Shown: positions 18,552 through 28,804, numbered from the stretch's first letter. The stretch is 64,000 nt of DNA from Methanobacteriota archaeon (GCA_016841485.1 JAENZA010000002.1:30927-94926); one strand, 5' to 3'. The notes: a model not told the origin generated them from the sequence alone. Made by a program: numbers and translations.

Positions 18552-19584
18552 GTCTGCGATTCATCTCCTCTACTGAGCGTTTAATTTCCGTTGGTATCCG
18601 GACAAGGGGGATGACCTTGTCGACGCAGTTGCGTTGCAGTGCGGACCGGGCCATGCCATAGACAAGACTGTCCGATTCCTGGACAACAAAATTTTTTCCT
18701 CCTGCATTTTTTATGGAAAGCGCCCCTTCTCCTCCGTCGTTTCCCATTCCACTGAGGATGAAAGATACTGTATGTGAACCGAATACCTTTGCAGCAGAGA
18801 TAAAGGTCGTATCAACGGCAGGGCGTACTGCATGGACCGGTGCGGATTTTGAATGGGTAATTCGTCCCTCATAAATCCCTGAAGAATTGATATCCCTGGT
18901 AATCAGGGTGTGATACCCGCCACGGGACAAATATACATGCCCTGAATGGAGAACGTCTCCCGTTTCGGTTTCTTTTACCGGTAATGGTGATATCTTATTT
19001 AGTCGCTCCGCAAGTGCCGCCGTAAATCCCTCCGGCATATGCTGGGTAATGACGACGGCTGCATTGAGATCTGCGTCAATCCGGGAGAGAATGGCATCGA
19101 GCATCGGAGGACCTCCGGCCGAGGATCCGATTAGGACAATGTTTCTTGCCGGTTCTGTTGAGAATTTTTTTGCGATGCCCGGGGGTCTGACAGGGATAGT
19201 GGTAAGCTGTCTGAGTTTGGTCGTAAATTCCGTCCTGATGCCCTTTACGTGTCCGATGTTTCTTGGTTTGAGTATGAAGTCATCGGCACCCAGCCGCAGC
19301 GCCTTTCTCGTATATTCCGCATCGGCGGATGTGAGAGTACTCAGGATTACTACTTTCGGACGTTCGTTGAGGTACTTCAGCTGCCTGAGCATCTGGAGAC
19401 CATCCATCTCAGGCATTTCAATGTCAAGAGTAACAATATCAGGCTGTAGTTCTCTGATCTTATCCAGTCCTTCTCTGCCATTCGAGGCCTTGCCGACAAC
19501 CTCAATATCCGGGTCTTCCGAAAGAATATCTGACAATATGGTGCGAATAAACACCGAATCGTCAATAATCAGGACTCTGAGCAT
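18544..19584 (-). CDS. cheB: Protein-glutamate methylesterase CheB
   Basis: Receiver domain (VLIIDDS...DIVTLDIEMP) plus methylesterase domain (GSSAGGP, HMPEGFT, GMGNDG). Confidence 0.93.
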   Translation of the reverse strand: MLRVLIIDDSVFIRTILSDILSEDPDIEVVGKASNGREGLDKIRELQPDIVTLDIEMPEMDGLQMLRQLKYLNERPKVVILSTLTSADAEYTRKALRLGADDFILKPRNIGHVKGIRTEFTTKLRQLTTIPVRPPGIAKKFSTEPARNIVLIGSSAGGPPMLDAILSRIDADLNAAVVITQHMPEGFTAALAERLNKISPLPVKETETGDVLHSGHVYLSRGGYHTLITRDINSSGIYEGRITHSKSAPVHAVRPAVDTTFISAAKVFGSHTVSFILSGMGNDGGEGALSIKNAGGKNFVVQESDSLVYGMARSALQRNCVDKVIPLVRIPTEIKRSVEEMNRRHV

Positions 19585-19588
19585 AATT

Positions 19589-19951
19589 TTATTGTTTCAG
19601 CACATTCTGGACTTCTTCAAGCACTTTTGGCGCCTGAAATGGTTTTACGATATATCCTTTTGCTCCCGATTTAATCGCAAGTTTCACCATCTGCTCTTGG
19701 CCCACCGCCGTGCACATAATGACTTTTGCCGATGGATTCATCGTCGTAATTTCCTTCAATGCCTCAATACCGTTCATCTTGGGCATTACAACATCCATTG
19801 TCACCAGGTCTGGTTTCAGGGACTTGAATTTTTCAACGGCTTCTTCACCGTTTTCCGCTTCTCCCACGATGTCGTGAGACCCGGAAAAAAGAATATTTTT
19901 CAGGAGTGTTCGCATGAAAAGCGTGTCATCAACAATTAAAATTTTGCCCAT
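19589..19951 (-). CDS. cheY: Chemotaxis response regulator CheY
   Basis: 120-aa single receiver domain: ILIVDD, DLVTMDVVMP, TA, GYIVKPF. Confidence 0.93.
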   Translation of the reverse strand: MGKILIVDDTLFMRTLLKNILFSGSHDIVGEAENGEEAVEKFKSLKPDLVTMDVVMPKMNGIEALKEITTMNPSAKVIMCTAVGQEQMVKLAIKSGAKGYIVKPFQAPKVLEEVQNVLKQ

Positions 19952-20063
19952 TGCCTATCAATTAATGATTTCCAACCAAAGGTTAAATATTTTCGCTAAA
20001 TGAAAAATGAAAGGAGGAAATCGGATATTAGTATAAATAAATATATCCTAGTCGCCACAATTA

Positions 20064-20870
20064 TTAATTAGTAGGCGGCTTTACTGCTTCGGTGACAAAA
20101 CGCACTCCCTTGGTGGTCAGTTTTACCTCTCTTCTGGTAAGGACCACTTCCACCATGCCGAGTTCGATCATCTTGTCATAAATTGCCTCGATTTCAGGAT
20201 TCGTACTATTCAGCATGTTTTCAATTGCATGGGTATCCATTCCGCTATAGACAAGCATTGCTACCTGTGCTGATATCGGGTCAAGATCCTGATCCATAGA
20301 GATATCCTTTGTGGCTTCGGTGAGGTAATTAAAAAGCACCTCCAGGGTAGTCGGCGGACAGAGTACGTAACTGGTGGTCACTTCTCCGGTCTCTACGTGA
20401 TCGATCTTTACCACTTCCGTCTTTTTTCCCTGGACATCCCTAGTTGTTTTCTCTATGGCTGAAACATCCATGATGGGCAGACAGATCTGTGAGTCCTGGC
20501 CGACGAACCAGATCCTTGATTTAAGGACGACTATTGCACCTTTTTCCCATTTTGCGTCCTTTATCATCACCCCGCCCCTGATTGCCGGGGACATGAAATA
20601 CGCCATCAGACGGTATCCTGAACATCCCATCAGGATCACTTTTTTCAGAATGGTCAGCGCTTTTGGAACGGATGCAATTCTGTAGATTTGGCCTTCTTTT
20701 CCTTTTACAGAAAGCTCAAGAATATTTTTTTTCTGTTGCAGGTCGTCAATGGATTTGAGCGGAATATCTACCTTCATCGGTTCCGGGAGATGGATGATTT
20801 TCTCGTCAAGCTGAATATTCGCTGCTACCCACGAACCGTTATTATCAATTTTTGCAGGTAACGATTTCAT
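20064..20870 (-). CDS. CheF-like archaeal chemotaxis-archaellum adaptor (tentative)
   Basis: 268-aa soluble protein between the arl genes and cheY on the same strand, which is where archaeal CheF (DUF439) genes usually sit. The call rests on context and size only; I found no diagnostic motif. Confidence 0.45.
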   Translation of the reverse strand: MKSLPAKIDNNGSWVAANIQLDEKIIHLPEPMKVDIPLKSIDDLQQKKNILELSVKGKEGQIYRIASVPKALTILKKVILMGCSGYRLMAYFMSPAIRGGVMIKDAKWEKGAIVVLKSRIWFVGQDSQICLPIMDVSAIEKTTRDVQGKKTEVVKIDHVETGEVTTSYVLCPPTTLEVLFNYLTEATKDISMDQDLDPISAQVAMLVYSGMDTHAIENMLNSTNPEIEAIYDKMIELGMVEVVLTRREVKLTTKGVRFVTEAVKPPTN

Positions 20871-22349
20871 TTACTTCTCCCTGTCCTGATCATTTGTCTG
20901 TAGAGAAGATTTGCCTCCCATCTTCTTTAAAACATCTTCAAGGCCAACCACAAGTTCCTGCGCATCGACATTGCTGTCCTTCATGTCCCGCAAGAGGCTT
21001 TCATCCTGAACCGATTTTTTCTTTTGCATATCGGTTTTAAGCATGCTGAGAAGACCGTCGTCGTCTCCTCCGCCGAATGACATGAACTCTTCAGATGAAG
21101 AATCCCCGAACCCACCGAAATTCAGGACTTCCGTCTTTGAGGGGGATATATTCTTACCCGGTGTGTCTTCTGAGAGTACGTCATCAGGAAGGAGTCCGAC
21201 GGAATCGATCTCCTCCTCTTCCTCCTCCACAATATCAAGTCCAAGGTCGTCCAGCGATCCCTCGTCATCCAGGTCAAGATCATCAAGGCTGAAGGCCTCA
21301 ATAGCCTCTTCCTCCGAATCTCCCGAACCATCCGGGCCGAAAGGACTTGTATCTTCCGACAATTCGAAAGAAAACTCATTTTCTGTGGCAATGTCCTGAG
21401 GTTTTTCAATTGAACCGGTAAAGGGGTTTCCGGTCAGGTCGTCATCGAGGGTAAGTATTCCCCCTTCAACTTCAATCTCATCGAAGTCCTCGATTGATCC
21501 GAATTTCATTTCATCTTCCGAAGGAATATCGGCATCCGCGTGCCCGAAAGAGATCTCTTCCTCGTCGCCGGCTGCTCTCTCTCCGGCAAGTATCGACTCA
21601 ATTGACATCATCCCGGTGTCGGGATGATCCTCAGGGCTGCCGGGCGCAGCCTCTTCATCAGCCATTCCCCCCGGGAGTATCGTATCGTGGTTACGGATTT
21701 CATCATCCAGTTCGATATCATCCAGTACCCCGAAATCCTCGTCGTCAAAGTCATTCGAAAAAATATCCGGGATCGCATGTTCGTCTTCTGATGAATCTTC
21801 TGTCACCGCGATGTCCTCCGTGGTGCTGCCGACGGGCTCATGGATGGTGGAATCGAGAAGTTCATCGATCTTTTGTCCATGTGAGGAATCCTTTGAACGA
21901 ACAAATCGTGCTTTTACTGAACCCATCGCAAGTGAAAGACCTGCGCTGATGCCTGTTCTCTCACGGGATGTATCCGCGGTTTTGGTTTTTTGAGGGCCCG
22001 TGCTGGCGGATGGTGTTGTTTTGTTCTCGTCGCGGCGGAGCCTCTCTCTCCATCCTGAAAGAGGCATTGCCCTTTTTGATTCCTTGCCATTTGGCTCTTT
22101 TGATGGAGAGGATTTCGTATCCTTCTTATCTTTTTGACTGGTCTGATTCCGGTCTTTCGAGCGTCCAATAAATGCTGGAATCCTCTTAAAATCTTCAACC
22201 GTCAGTAACCCGAGTCCCATGATGAGGATAATGCCGAACGCCACCGAGCCCCCGATAATCAGGGGTGTTGACGTGTCAAAAAAAATGAATATGGATCCGA
22301 CAATAATTATCCCGAACATCATTACTATGCGGCGTAGTGTTTCATTCAT
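20871..22349 (-). CDS. Uncharacterised membrane-anchored, extremely acidic low-complexity protein (492 aa)
   Basis: Two N-terminal hydrophobic helices (IVMMFGIIIVGSIFIFF, LIIGGSVAFGIILIMGLGLL), a basic Lys/Ser stretch, then several hundred residues rich in Asp/Glu with recurring (L/F)DD(L/I) units. Its stop abuts the cheF-like start (20870/20871), and it starts 11 nt after the arlJ stop. Confidence 0.6.
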   Translation of the reverse strand: MNETLRRIVMMFGIIIVGSIFIFFDTSTPLIIGGSVAFGIILIMGLGLLTVEDFKRIPAFIGRSKDRNQTSQKDKKDTKSSPSKEPNGKESKRAMPLSGWRERLRRDENKTTPSASTGPQKTKTADTSRERTGISAGLSLAMGSVKARFVRSKDSSHGQKIDELLDSTIHEPVGSTTEDIAVTEDSSEDEHAIPDIFSNDFDDEDFGVLDDIELDDEIRNHDTILPGGMADEEAAPGSPEDHPDTGMMSIESILAGERAAGDEEEISFGHADADIPSEDEMKFGSIEDFDEIEVEGGILTLDDDLTGNPFTGSIEKPQDIATENEFSFELSEDTSPFGPDGSGDSEEEAIEAFSLDDLDLDDEGSLDDLGLDIVEEEEEEIDSVGLLPDDVLSEDTPGKNISPSKTEVLNFGGFGDSSSEEFMSFGGGDDDGLLSMLKTDMQKKKSVQDESLLRDMKDSNVDAQELVVGLEDVLKKMGGKSSLQTNDQDREK

Positions 22350-22360
22350 GGAACTCCTCC

Positions 22361-23950
22361 TTACATTGTCGGAATGGTAAAGAACATGTTGACGATATAT
22401 GGCGTTACGATATACACCATGCCGGAGAGTGCGAAGAGAATACTCCCGAATGCATAGTACATGTAATTGTCCCCGCCTTTGACGATTTTTCCTGCTATGA
22501 TATTTGCGATGGTGATTATTAAAATCACCATTGTGATGTAGAATCCCATTTTTTCTTCGGGAAAATTCACGAAGATGTTCATCATGCCTGACATCGACCC
22601 TCCGACATTGGCGGACGAATCACCCAGTGCCGTGGATGTCTGTGAGAAACTTTCCATCACCGAGGTAACAGCGTGGGACATGGAGATCAGAATCTGGTAC
22701 AGGAATACAAAGATGGCAATCATTGCAACATGCATGGGAATGAGGAGGACAATAAATCCTGTCGCAAGCATCTCCCGTTTTTCCCGCAGGAGGGTCTGTT
22801 CAAGCATCGAGGAACTGACCACCTTGGCTATTTCTGCCGGATTTCCTCCCAGTTTTATCGAATCCCTGAAAATGTTCAGGTATTTGTAGATCAGGTTGCT
22901 GCCGCTGTCATTGATGAAGCGGACCCACACCATATCATCGTCCAGACCGAGGTTGAGTTTGGAATATGCAGAGTCAATGAATTCTGAAAGGACCGGAAGT
23001 GATTTTCGGTCGATTTCACCAAGCGCCGAAGTAACGGTAAGGCCCTTTCCCCCCATGATGGTCCCGAGACTTCGGATGAATGTTGTGAAATCCTCGTCCC
23101 GGTGAATAATGTTGGTGTCATCGATGAACCCGAAGATGCCCAGGGGGGCAAGAAGAACGGCCATGACAAGGAAAATTACCCCGTAGTTGAATCCTGCGAT
23201 AAACATCAGAATAACGGCCACTGCCAGTACCGGGAGAATGATTCGTTCAAGTTTCTTGATTGTCTGTTGCTCGTAACTTCCGTTTTTAGCATTGTCATGG
23301 CATTTCTGGTCTCCCGGGATTGACCGGTACATGGTGATAATGCCGAAAAGACCAATTCCTATGATAAGAAGATATGATGAATTCAGGGTGGAATCAAGGT
23401 CCGTGGGAGCATATATCGCCACCGATACCATGATGATGATACTGACGATTGTGCTTGAGAGCATCAGCGCGATATAGGCATCGCCCCATTTTTTCAGCAT
23501 CTCGATGCCCTGCTCGAAATGGTTGCGATAGACGCTGCGGACTGTCGAGAGCTCAAGGCGGATGAATTCATCGTCCGGGACGCCGGAACTTATGGAGTTG
23601 CCGTAGCGGGTAAGCATGCTGGAGAGCATTTTGTTCTTCGTTCGCTCTGCTACGAGTTCGAGAGCCTTGGCGTAGTTATAGTTCCATCGTTTGACGAATC
23701 GTTCAACTTTGGCGATGTATCTGGAGGTGACATATTCCTTCCGTTCGGCGGTAAATGCGAAGATCTCCGGCCTTGAGACATCGGAGGTGATGATCGAGGC
23801 CATGTAGGTTATCATGAAGAGGATGTCGGTCCCCATTCTTTTATCTTCCAGGATCTGGTCAAAGCGGGAGCGGATATCTTCCATGAGGTCTTCAAACGGA
23901 AGTTTGCCGCCGGAACGTTCCCGTAGGGATGAAGTAAAAGACTCGAACAT
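22361..23950 (-). CDS. arlJ: Archaellum membrane platform protein ArlJ (FlaJ)
   Basis: 529-aa polytopic membrane protein directly downstream of arlI. TadC/GspF-like two-half architecture. Confidence 0.85.
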   Translation of the reverse strand: MFESFTSSLRERSGGKLPFEDLMEDIRSRFDQILEDKRMGTDILFMITYMASIITSDVSRPEIFAFTAERKEYVTSRYIAKVERFVKRWNYNYAKALELVAERTKNKMLSSMLTRYGNSISSGVPDDEFIRLELSTVRSVYRNHFEQGIEMLKKWGDAYIALMLSSTIVSIIIMVSVAIYAPTDLDSTLNSSYLLIIGIGLFGIITMYRSIPGDQKCHDNAKNGSYEQQTIKKLERIILPVLAVAVILMFIAGFNYGVIFLVMAVLLAPLGIFGFIDDTNIIHRDEDFTTFIRSLGTIMGGKGLTVTSALGEIDRKSLPVLSEFIDSAYSKLNLGLDDDMVWVRFINDSGSNLIYKYLNIFRDSIKLGGNPAEIAKVVSSSMLEQTLLREKREMLATGFIVLLIPMHVAMIAIFVFLYQILISMSHAVTSVMESFSQTSTALGDSSANVGGSMSGMMNIFVNFPEEKMGFYITMVILIITIANIIAGKIVKGGDNYMYYAFGSILFALSGMVYIVTPYIVNMFFTIPTM

Positions 23951-23951
23951 G

Positions 23952-25817
23952 TCAGATCTCGATTTTTAGGAGGCCCTGCTTCTTGATCTTTGTCATCATA
24001 TCATAGAGATCCCAGAATCTTGTATACCCTGCCTTGTGCAGCCGTTCAAGTATTCGTGCCCGTTTATCCACCTCGAGATAGATCTCCGACCGTTTGTTCT
24101 CCGGGATGCCGAGGAGTGTCGCAATCTTGTTTTCAAGGAGAAAACTGGAGCCCCGCCCGGTAAAGTCGAATTCATCGGTGATCGGGTTCCAGACAAACAT
24201 TGCCACGAATGAGAATCCGCCGCTATCGGGATCATAGCCGACCAGTTCATTTATCGAGAGCATCCGCCGGACCATATCCCCGTTCGGCCGTCGCACCGCA
24301 CTCTGGATGATGACAATATTCAGGTTGTCGACGTGGGTCATGGGGATATTGATGGGATCACTGCAGAGACGCTGGATCAGTTTTTCCACCGATGCTGCGT
24401 GGAAGGTACTCATCACCGGGTGTCCCGTCTGCATCGCACCAAAGGCGACGGCACCTTCGGAACCACGGATTTCACCGACGAGGATCTGATTCGGACGCTG
24501 ACGAAGTGCCGCCCTCAGCAGGTCAAACATGGTGACAGCACCTCCTTCGCCTTCTCCACTTCCCTTGCCCTTTGATACCTGTCGGGTCCAGTTTTTATGA
24601 GGTACGGTAAGTTCGGGGGTGTCCTCGATGGTGACAATCTTGTTTTCCGGCGGAAGAAACCCGGTTATTGCATTCAGGCTCGTGGTTTTTCCTGATGCTG
24701 TTTCCCCGCTCACGAAGAGAGACATTCCGAATTCCAGGCAGATCCAGAGATATGCTGCGACCATGTAGCTGGTTGTTTTCCATTCGATAAGGTTGAGTAT
24801 ACTTGCCGGTTCTTCTGAAAATTTACGGATGGTAAAATTACTGCCATGTTTGCTGATTTCAGTCCCGTATACTATGTTGATACGTGAGCCGTCCGGCAGG
24901 GTGGCATCGACAATCGGGTCACGATAGGTGAGCGGTCGTTTGATGCGTTCGGCCATTTTTATGACGAATTCATCGATCTCATCCGAAGCCCGGAATTCTA
25001 CGGCCGATTTCAGTCCCTTGAATATCTTGTGCTCAATGAATATCGGGCCCACGCCATCACAGGTGATATCCTCGATATTTTCGTCATTGAGAAACGGTTC
25101 AAGAATTCCCATCTGGATTTTATCCCGGATGAGGAGGTATTCGATGGACTGATATTCCTGCTGCGTAACGATGATTTTTCCCTCGGGGGTGGTGGGGATG
25201 GCAGGAAGTCCTGCCTTTTTCTGTTCTTTTTTCTCTGTAAAATCGGTACTGAGAAAGGTGTTTATTTTATCTTTTATTCCTTTTTTTTCGGATTTTTCCG
25301 AGGTCAGAGTCTCTATTTCCTCATCAAATCCCCTGATGTAGGTGATCTCCCGAAGGACACGTTTAAGGACTTCTGTGCGTTCTTTGTCAGTGATGGGATC
25401 ATCTTCAAAACTGTCGATGAAGTCAACCAGTTTTTTCTCTACATGGGGGAGAAGTTCGGCAACACTGTGAAGAAATGAAGGTTCGATGGGGATGTAGAAA
25501 TTGCGGACATCATTCTCATCGGGAAAGATGTGAATGAAGGTCATGTCGCTGACCGGATAGATGAGATTCGGGCTCTCCAGTCCTTTGAGGTCTCGTTTCA
25601 GTTCGGAGAAGAAGAGGGGAATGCCAAAGGTATTGACCGGAAATATCTGGAGGTATTCAAGAAGATGGGGAGCATGTTTGACGTACTCCTTGGCATTTGC
25701 CGGGAGCATTCTGTAGAGTGCATTTGCCTCAAGTCCCTCTGTTGAAAAGTAATCCTCCTTCTCATCGTATTCTTCGGGGACAAAGGGTAAGTTAATTGAT
25801 GCACTCAGCGCTCCCAT
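23952..25817 (-). CDS. arlI: Archaellum assembly/motor ATPase ArlI (FlaI)
   Basis: 621 aa. Walker A GETASGKTT, VirB11/type-IV-secretion-NTPase-like motifs (TIEDTPEL, ILVGEIRG). Confidence 0.93.
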   Translation of the reverse strand: MGALSASINLPFVPEEYDEKEDYFSTEGLEANALYRMLPANAKEYVKHAPHLLEYLQIFPVNTFGIPLFFSELKRDLKGLESPNLIYPVSDMTFIHIFPDENDVRNFYIPIEPSFLHSVAELLPHVEKKLVDFIDSFEDDPITDKERTEVLKRVLREITYIRGFDEEIETLTSEKSEKKGIKDKINTFLSTDFTEKKEQKKAGLPAIPTTPEGKIIVTQQEYQSIEYLLIRDKIQMGILEPFLNDENIEDITCDGVGPIFIEHKIFKGLKSAVEFRASDEIDEFVIKMAERIKRPLTYRDPIVDATLPDGSRINIVYGTEISKHGSNFTIRKFSEEPASILNLIEWKTTSYMVAAYLWICLEFGMSLFVSGETASGKTTSLNAITGFLPPENKIVTIEDTPELTVPHKNWTRQVSKGKGSGEGEGGAVTMFDLLRAALRQRPNQILVGEIRGSEGAVAFGAMQTGHPVMSTFHAASVEKLIQRLCSDPINIPMTHVDNLNIVIIQSAVRRPNGDMVRRMLSINELVGYDPDSGGFSFVAMFVWNPITDEFDFTGRGSSFLLENKIATLLGIPENKRSEIYLEVDKRARILERLHKAGYTRFWDLYDMMTKIKKQGLLKIEI

Positions 25818-25826
25818 TTTTTCCTC

Positions 25827-26564
25827 CTATACCCGTGCCATCGATATCGGAATGATCTTCATCCCATAGCCGGGGTGCACTTCAAATGACACAATATTTC
25901 CCGTGGTTTTTCTTGCTCCACGCACTTTGACAACTTCCATTATCATGACATATTTTTGGCCGACAAGGGCACGTTTCATCATGAGATGGGCATCGCAGAT
26001 GGAACGGATACGGACGAGCGTGTCCTCTTCGAATGCGTAGGTGTGCAGGGTGATGAGAATTGTTTTCCCCTTGTCAACGATGTTCTTGCAGTTTGTCAGA
26101 AATGTCAGAAGATCCGACTGTGTCGTCGTCTCTGTCAGGAGCGTCAGCGAATCGATGATGATTACCTGGGCCTTTGAATTTTTAATATGGTTGATGATTC
26201 GCTGGAGAATGCCCTGCATCTCAGCTTCGCCCCATTCAAATCCGATGGTATGCATGGGGAAGATGCGAAGGTATCCCCAGGCAAAGTAATCTGAAATATC
26301 GAGGCTCATCGACTCCATCTGCGACAGAAAGCTTTTGGATGTGTTTTCCGAGGTATAGAGGTCAACATTAAGGCCGCCCTTCATGGCCCCCCAGATGATC
26401 TGCTGGGTTATGACGCTCTTTCCGGTATCGTTTTCCCCCTCGACAAGGGTAAGTGATTCAAGAGGCAGCCCATCTGCCAGTTTTTTATCGATCTCCGGAT
26501 TTCCCGTTGACAGGATCTGCCTGTCACTGCCACCAATCAGGTCACCCAGATGATTTCCTCCCAT
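25827..26564 (-). CDS. arlH: Archaellum RecA/KaiC-like ATP-binding protein ArlH (FlaH)
   Basis: 245 aa. Walker A GENDTGKSV, IIIDSL Walker-B-like motif. Position is between arlG and arlI. Confidence 0.88.
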   Translation of the reverse strand: MGGNHLGDLIGGSDRQILSTGNPEIDKKLADGLPLESLTLVEGENDTGKSVITQQIIWGAMKGGLNVDLYTSENTSKSFLSQMESMSLDISDYFAWGYLRIFPMHTIGFEWGEAEMQGILQRIINHIKNSKAQVIIIDSLTLLTETTTQSDLLTFLTNCKNIVDKGKTILITLHTYAFEEDTLVRIRSICDAHLMMKRALVGQKYVMIMEVVKVRGARKTTGNIVSFEVHPGYGMKIIPISMARV

Positions 26565-26582
26565 ATTTCATTCCTCCTTTGA

Positions 26583-27077
26583 TCAGTTCAGATATCCAGA
26601 ATCATAGACGCCGTTCGGTGTCGTTACCTGTGCCCATTCGGGAATACTTGTCAGGGGGAACTGCACCGTCATATTCAGTGTTTCGCCGGGATCCAGCTGG
26701 TTGGCATGAATACTGTCCGGGGTGATGCCGGCAACCGTCCATTCTCCGGTTCCCGGAGTTGACGAGGAGGTGTAGGAATAATAGACCGGTTCGTTCCCGG
26801 TCATAAATACCAGGTGGAGATCAATGTTTTGAAAACCGGAAATCATCTCCTTCCCGGTATTCTCTACCTGGAGGTACATTATGCCGCTGGGTTGCAGTAT
26901 GGTCACGCCGGTGATGTCGATATCTGTCCTCATCCTGATTTCCTGGGTGTTGAATTTCTCGGTTTGTGCAGTTGATACGATCTCAGTGGTGGAAAGGATG
27001 CCCCCGATAATCACATAGGCCGTGACAATCAGAAGGATGAGTGCTACCGCCGTTGCAATGAGATCTCCGCTTGCCAT
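26583..27077 (-). CDS. arlG: Archaellum stator-like protein ArlG (FlaG)
   Basis: 164 aa. N-terminal hydrophobic helix (IATAVALILLIVTAYVIIGG) followed by a beta-rich archaellin-like domain. Operon position supports the call. Confidence 0.7.
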   Translation of the reverse strand: MASGDLIATAVALILLIVTAYVIIGGILSTTEIVSTAQTEKFNTQEIRMRTDIDITGVTILQPSGIMYLQVENTGKEMISGFQNIDLHLVFMTGNEPVYYSYTSSSTPGTGEWTVAGITPDSIHANQLDPGETLNMTVQFPLTSIPEWAQVTTPNGVYDSGYLN

Positions 27078-27086
27078 TCATATCCC

Positions 27087-27593
27087 TCATGTGGCTGAAT
27101 AGGTCGTCGAAACCGCAATTCCCGTCGGGAGAACAAACTGGAAATAGACCACGCCACCGGAAGCCGGCAGGGGGGAGGTTGCAACAGGTTTCATTTCAAG
27201 CTGTACTGTTTCGCCGGAATCCCAGTAGCCGATAGCGGCATCTTCCCGGATCGTAAATGTCCATTCGCCGGCCGAAGGCGTCCCCGATGTGTAGACCAGG
27301 ATGTCAAAATCCCCCGGCTGACCAAAGTAGATGTCCGAGGCTTCGATGTCCGCATCGGCTATCCTGTTTGACCCGACATTTTTTATCCAGACTTTTGTGA
27401 TGGAACCGTCGGTCGGTGAGAATGCATTGATGATTTTGATGTCTGTCCGCAATCGTTCGTCAGCGCTCTGCGATGACTGGGTAAACGTTGATGTAGCCGA
27501 ATAGATGACCGGGAAAAATGCATTGACGAGAATGGCGGCCGCTACGACAGCAGTAATGAGAAATATTGCGGTGGCAAATGTTTCACTTGACAT
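27087..27593 (-). CDS. arlF: Archaellum stator-like protein ArlF (FlaF)
   Basis: 168 aa. N-terminal helix (FATAIFLITAVVAAAILVNAFFPV) and a beta-rich domain. Operon position supports the call. Confidence 0.7.
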   Translation of the reverse strand: MSSETFATAIFLITAVVAAAILVNAFFPVIYSATSTFTQSSQSADERLRTDIKIINAFSPTDGSITKVWIKNVGSNRIADADIEASDIYFGQPGDFDILVYTSGTPSAGEWTFTIREDAAIGYWDSGETVQLEMKPVATSPLPASGGVVYFQFVLPTGIAVSTTYSAT

Positions 27594-27596
27594 CTA

Positions 27597-28448
27597 TCAT
27601 ATCCTGTCAAGCATCTTGATCCACTCATCGGTGGATGCCCTTGTTTTGCCCTCTCTGTCGGTGGTGGTTTCCTTCTGTCCATCGGTGGTATTGTGCATGG
27701 CCATGAGCACTTCAATCATGTCACGGTCCAGGGAAGCGTCATTGGGAGAAAGTATCCTGTTGAGGATATAGAGCTCCGAGACAAATTCCTTTGATCCTAT
27801 CTCATGGCATTCGCCAAGGGATTCAGGCATCAGTCGTGCAATTTCGACGACCTGATCATAGGCGTCCTCCTCGATATATCCCATGGTCCTGTAGGACTGC
27901 ATCATGATCTCCAGCCTGTCATGACCGTATTTTTTCACCATTCTGTTTGTCCATTCGAAGAGCTGGTGAAGTTTTTGCAGGTGGAGTTTTTCTTCCTGTG
28001 GTTTTTCAGAGGATACCTGGACTTCCCCGAGCTTTTGCTGGAGGTTTTTGAGCATGGCCTCATCAGTCATCAGCTGATTGTAGGACGGTATCTCCTGCAG
28101 TTGCCGTGCCGCCGGCAGTGCAGAGGGGCAGCTCTCGGGGATGGAGGGGGCCGGCTGGAGTGGTGCCCCAACTTCCGGAACAGGCTCCGTTTGATGGGCC
28201 GCCTTTTCTTCCTGCTGAGGGGGTTGCGGCGAAGGTGCTGGCTGGGCAAAGGAGGGTGTTGACGCGGCAGACGCCAGGATAAACGGGTTTTCCAGTTCGT
28301 TCATCCGCTCCCTGATATCGATGAGCAGTTTTTTCACCGATTTTTTTAATAAGTCCACCTCGTCCTGCAGGTTTTGCAGTTTGACTTCCGGGTCATCGAC
28401 GGAAGCGCTGCTGATGATATGATCGACCTGGGACTGGTTCATTGACAT
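27597..28448 (-). CDS. arlD: Archaellum accessory protein of the FlaD/E (ArlC/D/E) family
   Basis: N-terminal coiled coil, a Pro/Gln/Ala-rich linker, and a C-terminal region (LFEWTNRMVKKYGHDRLEIMMQSYRTMGYIEEDAY) that resembles the conserved FlaD/E domain. Confidence 0.7.
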   Translation of the reverse strand: MSMNQSQVDHIISSASVDDPEVKLQNLQDEVDLLKKSVKKLLIDIRERMNELENPFILASAASTPSFAQPAPSPQPPQQEEKAAHQTEPVPEVGAPLQPAPSIPESCPSALPAARQLQEIPSYNQLMTDEAMLKNLQQKLGEVQVSSEKPQEEKLHLQKLHQLFEWTNRMVKKYGHDRLEIMMQSYRTMGYIEEDAYDQVVEIARLMPESLGECHEIGSKEFVSELYILNRILSPNDASLDRDMIEVLMAMHNTTDGQKETTTDREGKTRASTDEWIKMLDRI

Positions 28449-28784
28449 ATGTGTGTTATATTTGAAAGTATAGTATAAAATCTTTTATCCTGATATTTGC
28501 CCGTAATATAAATATTGTTCTTTGCCGGGGGATATCGGGACAATTGGAAAATTGCTATTTTCAATTCATAATCCGGAATTTATCCTCTTTTTGTCGAAGA
28601 ATGGACAATACATTTTTTCAGGAAGTTCCTTGTCGCTGATATGTGCGTTTCAATATTGATTGGCAGATGCCCGGGGGCAGCCGATCTGGTGATCGAACCT
28701 GACGTTCAGGGATGACGGGAAGGCTGCATGACCGCTACAGCGAAGGACGTCGGGCAGGGTATGGCAGAAGAAGAGCGGGATAAA

Positions 28785-28804
28785 CGAAGCAAAGAAAAAA
28801 GTGA
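28785..28804 (-). terminator. Oligo-T tract immediately after the archaellin stop codon
   Basis: On the minus strand the sequence reads TAA-tcac-TTTTTT-c-TTT. Such T-runs act as archaeal intrinsic terminators. A 355-bp non-coding gap follows before arlD. Confidence 0.4.

Noticed and set aside
19049-19939. 296-aa plus-strand ORF across cheB/cheY
   Set aside because: It is antisense to two strongly supported che genes and even spans their intergenic gap. It is not credible as coding sequence.
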